A DNA stretch of 64,000 nucleotides from an archaeon GW2011_AR15 (GTDB lineage Archaea > Nanobdellota > Nanobdellia > Woesearchaeales > GW2011-AR15): assembly GCA_000830295.1 (NCBI GenBank), contig CP010425.1, forward strand, positions 1 through 64,000, in the 5' to 3' direction. Numbering within the stretch: the stretch's first letter is position 1; every line of letters begins with the position of its first letter. The position numbers were made by a program, and so were the translations under genes. Of the stretch, positions 60,570 to 64,000 are shown piece by piece. The notes beneath the pieces are model-generated. The model was not told the DNA's origin and ran no database searches. It was given only the letters and a program-made list of their open reading frames with translations.

Positions 60570-61040
60570 ATGGCATTAAAACAGAGAATAGAGATAATAC
60601 GCTCCATCTATAAGCATAAGGAGGCGTTGCCGATTACAATTTTAGCGGGCTCCCTCATGGCTTTTGTGCTGTTCTATTTCACGTATTTCGAGCAGATATA
60701 CTGGAGCATGGGAAAGCTGTATGCATATGCACAGGTCATTATCCAGATATTATTATCCGCGCTCTTCGGAATAAACATTGCGCTGCTATGGTTCAAGCTG
60801 AAATTTGCTGCTTCTGCTAATTCAGGAAAAGAGATAGGGAGCATAACAATAGCTTCAGTGATAAGCATCATTGTTTCAGGCTGCCCTGTGTGTGGGATAA
60901 CTCTTGCGTATTATCTCGGAATAGCTTCAATATTCGCTTCATTCCCGCTGTACGGGCTTGAGCTGAAAATAATCGGGCTGCTGCTTTTACTTTATTCGAC
61001 AAACCTGCTGGCAAAAGACCTTTACTCATGCAAAATCTAG
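60570..61040 (+). CDS. Membrane protein with intramembrane GCPVC motif
   Basis: 4 TM segments; SGCPVCG. Confidence 0.7.
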   Translation: MALKQRIEIIRSIYKHKEALPITILAGSLMAFVLFYFTYFEQIYWSMGKLYAYAQVIIQILLSALFGINIALLWFKLKFAASANSGKEIGSITIASVISIIVSGCPVCGITLAYYLGIASIFASFPLYGLELKIIGLLLLLYSTNLLAKDLYSCKI

Positions 61041-61550
61041 AAAATTCCTTATAATCTTTTCATTCCTGACTTCGGGGTGGAACATTATGCCGCAGAGATT
61101 CTTTTTTTTGTGCTTCACTGCCTGGACTGATTCTTCAGACTCTGCCAGCACATAAAATTCATTAAGGTTATCAACCCCGTTCCCGTGCAGGCTGTATGCT
61201 TCAAAGTTTCCTGAAAACAGCGGATTCTCCCTCAGTGTCTTTATTTTAGTCATGCCTATCTCTTTGTTTTCAGTGATTCGTGCGCCATAGAGCAAACATA
61301 GAATCTGCATGCCTGAACATATGCCAAGCACGGGAGAGATTGTTTCTTTTAGAAATAAAAAACCGTTAATATTTTTCAGATACTCATTATCTTTCAGTGC
61401 CGTGCCGCAAATAATTATTTTATCATATCCAGACACATCCTTGACATTTGTATAATGCTTTACATCACATTTCCCTGCAATCCCCACAATCGGTTTTACA
61501 AATTCCTCCTCGCTTAATTTGTCAGCGCAGGTGCTTACCACAAGTATCAT
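61026..61550 (-). CDS. Class I glutamine amidotransferase, stand-alone
   Basis: PVLGICSGMQ and FHPE. Confidence 0.88.
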   Translation of the reverse strand: MILVVSTCADKLSEEEFVKPIVGIAGKCDVKHYTNVKDVSGYDKIIICGTALKDNEYLKNINGFLFLKETISPVLGICSGMQILCLLYGARITENKEIGMTKIKTLRENPLFSGNFEAYSLHGNGVDNLNEFYVLAESEESVQAVKHKKKNLCGIMFHPEVRNEKIIRNFLDFA

Positions 61551-62221
61551 TCCAGCTCTGCCTCTTTTATTTCGAAAACACCGTGGTTGCCTGAAAATCT
61601 TGCGCTGCTTTTTTTCACATTAATTTTTTTCCTGAAAAAAGGCGCACTCAGTACAAAACTCTCAAATTCACCGCCCTCGCCTGCAGGGTTTATTTTGTAT
61701 TTTTCCTTCAGCCCCGCCAGCTCTTTCACTGCTTTCCTGTCAAGTCTTTTTCCGAGCCATGACTCATCAAAGGGGTATGCTGCAACGCCCACTATTATTA
61801 CTTCAAATTTATTTTTCAGCAGGTCATCAAGAAGCTGCAGCTGGTCAAGCTGCCATAAAGGATTGAAGCACCACAGCCCGAGCTCGTCGCATATCTTCTG
61901 TATCCTTGCTGCCTGGTAGACTGACCCGATTGCGCCTGTGACAACACCCTCAATCCGGAAAAGCTCAACAGCTTTTTTTACTGCCTCCTTCAGGTCCGCC
62001 AGTTCTGCTTCTTTTTTCCCTTCTGTCTCCGCAACAATCAAGGGAAGCCCTGCTGCCTCTGCCTGCAGCTGCGTAATCCCTGTATTGGGAGTGTGGAACA
62101 TGTAGCTCTCGGGATTTTTTGATTTTATGGTAATAAGGCTCGCAATTTCATGAAGCTGCATTGCCCTGTATATTGCATACGCAGAATCCTTCCCGCCTGA
62201 GAACAAGCCTGCCAGTCTCAT
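61547..62221 (-). CDS. Diphthine--ammonia ligase (Dph6 family)
   Basis: LFSGGKDS, SYMFH and GEGGEFES. Confidence 0.9.
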   Translation of the reverse strand: MRLAGLFSGGKDSAYAIYRAMQLHEIASLITIKSKNPESYMFHTPNTGITQLQAEAAGLPLIVAETEGKKEAELADLKEAVKKAVELFRIEGVVTGAIGSVYQAARIQKICDELGLWCFNPLWQLDQLQLLDDLLKNKFEVIIVGVAAYPFDESWLGKRLDRKAVKELAGLKEKYKINPAGEGGEFESFVLSAPFFRKKINVKKSSARFSGNHGVFEIKEAELE

Positions 62222-63201
62222 TTTATCCTTGGATATGTGCCCGGCTCCATTATTACCTTGCCTGCTTCCACTGCCATGCCCTTTTCTCCCATCATCTCTT
62301 TTGAGGTAAAGATAGCTTTCCCGTAGCATACAAGCTCGTCTTTCAGTGTGAATACTGCGACCATCTCCCCCTGGCTTATCCCTGATTCCAGCTTTGCTAT
62401 CCCGGGAACTGCAAGAGAGGCTCCGTGGCACAGGCTGTCAACAGTGGTGTCCATCACCCATACCTTCGGGAGATGCCTCACAGCCTCCTCAACAGGCCTG
62501 ATAACCTTTCTTATGAATTTCTCATTGTGGTGCTTCTTGTAGTAATACCATGCATCGGCGACATCCTGCAGGGTAAACAGCCCTTCTTCGCTGAAAGGCC
62601 CTGCCCTTGTCCTTCTCAGCTCTGCCATGTGCGCCCCGCACTTCAGCTCCTGTCCCATGTCATGCACCAGCTTCCTGATGTATGTCCCTGCCTGGCAGCC
62701 GACCCTGAAAAGCACGTCCTGCTTTTCCAGGCCAAGCACTTCAATATAGTATATCCTCCTCTCCCTCAGCTGCCTTTTCACAGAGCTTTTTATCGGGGGC
62801 AGCTGCTTTATTTTTCCTGTGAATTTTTCAAATGCCTGGTAAAGCTCGTATTCAGGGACTTCCCTGTGGAGGTGCATCAGGCAGACATATTCTTTTCCTG
62901 CATTCAGCAGCGTCTGGATCACTTTCGTGGCCTTGCTTACTGCAACAGGCAGCACTCCTGTGACATTGGGGTCAAGCGTGCCTGAGTGCCCTCCCTTTTT
63001 TACCCCGAGAATCTTCTGGAGATAAGCAGAAACCTGATGGCTTGTCGGGCCCGCAGGTTTATCTATATTTATTACCCCGAGATTGAGAAGCTGCTCTACT
63101 GTCCTTTTGCCGGGATAAACCCCGAACTTGTCGCTTGTCTCTGAGTCCTTCCTTACAAGAATCTCCCTTTTATTCTTCTCAAAAGGCAGTGTCGTTTCCA
63201 T
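62218..63201 (-). CDS. cbf5: RNA-guided pseudouridine synthase Cbf5
   Basis: DKPAGPTSHQV, GHSGTLDP, GTYIR and PUA domain. Confidence 0.96.
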   Translation of the reverse strand: METTLPFEKNKREILVRKDSETSDKFGVYPGKRTVEQLLNLGVINIDKPAGPTSHQVSAYLQKILGVKKGGHSGTLDPNVTGVLPVAVSKATKVIQTLLNAGKEYVCLMHLHREVPEYELYQAFEKFTGKIKQLPPIKSSVKRQLRERRIYYIEVLGLEKQDVLFRVGCQAGTYIRKLVHDMGQELKCGAHMAELRRTRAGPFSEEGLFTLQDVADAWYYYKKHHNEKFIRKVIRPVEEAVRHLPKVWVMDTTVDSLCHGASLAVPGIAKLESGISQGEMVAVFTLKDELVCYGKAIFTSKEMMGEKGMAVEAGKVIMEPGTYPRIK

Positions 63202-63218
63202 AAGAGCAGGGATTGAAG

Positions 63219-63533
63219 TTATTTATATAAATGTCGCGATTTCCTTTTCCTGGATTTTTTCCCGCCCCTGTTCTGGTAAAGATAATAGCCAAGGAGCAGA
63301 GCGTTTGCAGCAGCAGAGTATACCCAGACATTCATCCGGGAAAGCCCGCCCGTAATCCTGTATGTGAATTCATTAAAGCCAAGGATAACCCCGAGGGCTG
63401 TTGTGAAACCTATGCTCATAAGCACAACGAGAGCTATTTTTTCAAGCAGAGGCTCATCCTTAAAGAAGATCATTGTAAGCAGGAATCCCGGGACAACAAA
63501 CACAAAAAGAAAGCCAAGAAACTGCAGAATCAT
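63219..63533 (-). CDS. Small membrane protein (DUF1616-like)
   Basis: FVVPGF...LEKIAL...SI; 3 TM segments. Confidence 0.65.
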   Translation of the reverse strand: MILQFLGFLFVFVVPGFLLTMIFFKDEPLLEKIALVVLMSIGFTTALGVILGFNEFTYRITGGLSRMNVWVYSAAANALLLGYYLYQNRGGKKSRKRKSRHLYK

Positions 63534-64000
63534 TCTTTTTCCTCTACAAGCTTAAATGAGAACTGGATAAACCTTTTGTACAGCTCCCTGTTGAACATCA
63601 GCGTCATCGCGACATAGAGCCCCAGGCCCAATACTATGAAAAAGACGAGAGAGATTAAGCCTGTTATAGGGAACCATTCCTTCAGCAGCCCCAGAAGGAG
63701 GGCAGTTCCCACGCCTGAAAAGAATATGTAAAAGTAATCCCTGGAAACTGTCAGTATGTCCAGCCTTGTCAGCTTCTCGGCTGTGCCGAGGTAAAGGAGG
63801 GAGCTTGCGACAGAGGATATTGCTGCTGAGAGCGCAATCCCCTGTATGCCTATCCTGCTGTAAAGGAGGAATGAGAGCAGCACAAGCAGGCCTGACTCTA
63901 TATATCTTATCCTGTGCATGACGTCCTGCTTTTCCTCAGTGAAAAACACAAGCCTCGTAACCTCTGCTATGCTCTTCAGCATGCCTGCAAACAGGAACAT
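63530..64000 (-). CDS. C-terminal part of an oligosaccharide flippase-like membrane protein (truncated by the window end)
   Basis: Multi-TM; GIQGIALS motif typical of polysaccharide export C-terminal regions. Confidence 0.6.
   Translation of the reverse strand: MFLFAGMLKSIAEVTRLVFFTEEKQDVMHRIRYIESGLLVLLSFLLYSRIGIQGIALSAAISSVASSLLYLGTAEKLTRLDILTVSRDYFYIFFSGVGTALLLGLLKEWFPITGLISLVFFIVLGLGLYVAMTLMFNRELYKRFIQFSFKLVEEKE

Overview
64 kb of an archaeal chromosome, most likely a DPANN (Woesearchaeota-like) organism. This is inferred from TFE, Cbf5, diphthamide genes and archaeal uS7/uS12/eL30/NusA/Spt5/SecE occurring together with bacterial-type GroES/GroEL/GrpE/DnaK, ThyA/FolA and type 1 IDI. Positions 1-6421 are an AT-rich accessory array of at least eight gene cassettes: HEPN protein, YnfA pair, HicAB, AbrB/RelE, PIN/RHH, methyltransferase, Doc plus a small ORF, and TauE/SafE. 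The cassettes are separated by directly repeated 28-bp dif-like sites (11-6-11). Each complete cassette is also bracketed by its own inverted repeat and ends in a GC-rich hairpin module. This is the best candidate for an undescribed system: an integron-like cassette array built on Xer/dif-type sites, with no recombinase gene in the window. The rest is backbone: purA-purB, guaB-cmk, metG, tRNA-Ala and tRNA-Thr, a heat-shock operon, a dNTP-synthesis operon, a J-domain kinase/vWA/pyruvate-kinase-like cluster, a ribosomal cluster and four paralogous membrane proteins. Other notable signals: (1) a covarying two-hairpin element with a duplicated translation start in front of both groEL and dnaK; (2) a catalytically degenerate, ATP-cone-bearing NrdJ paralog beside an intact NrdJ, under tandem NrdR-like boxes; (3) a PHSG variant of the uS12 PNSA loop. 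All calls come from reading the sequence by eye; no searches were run.
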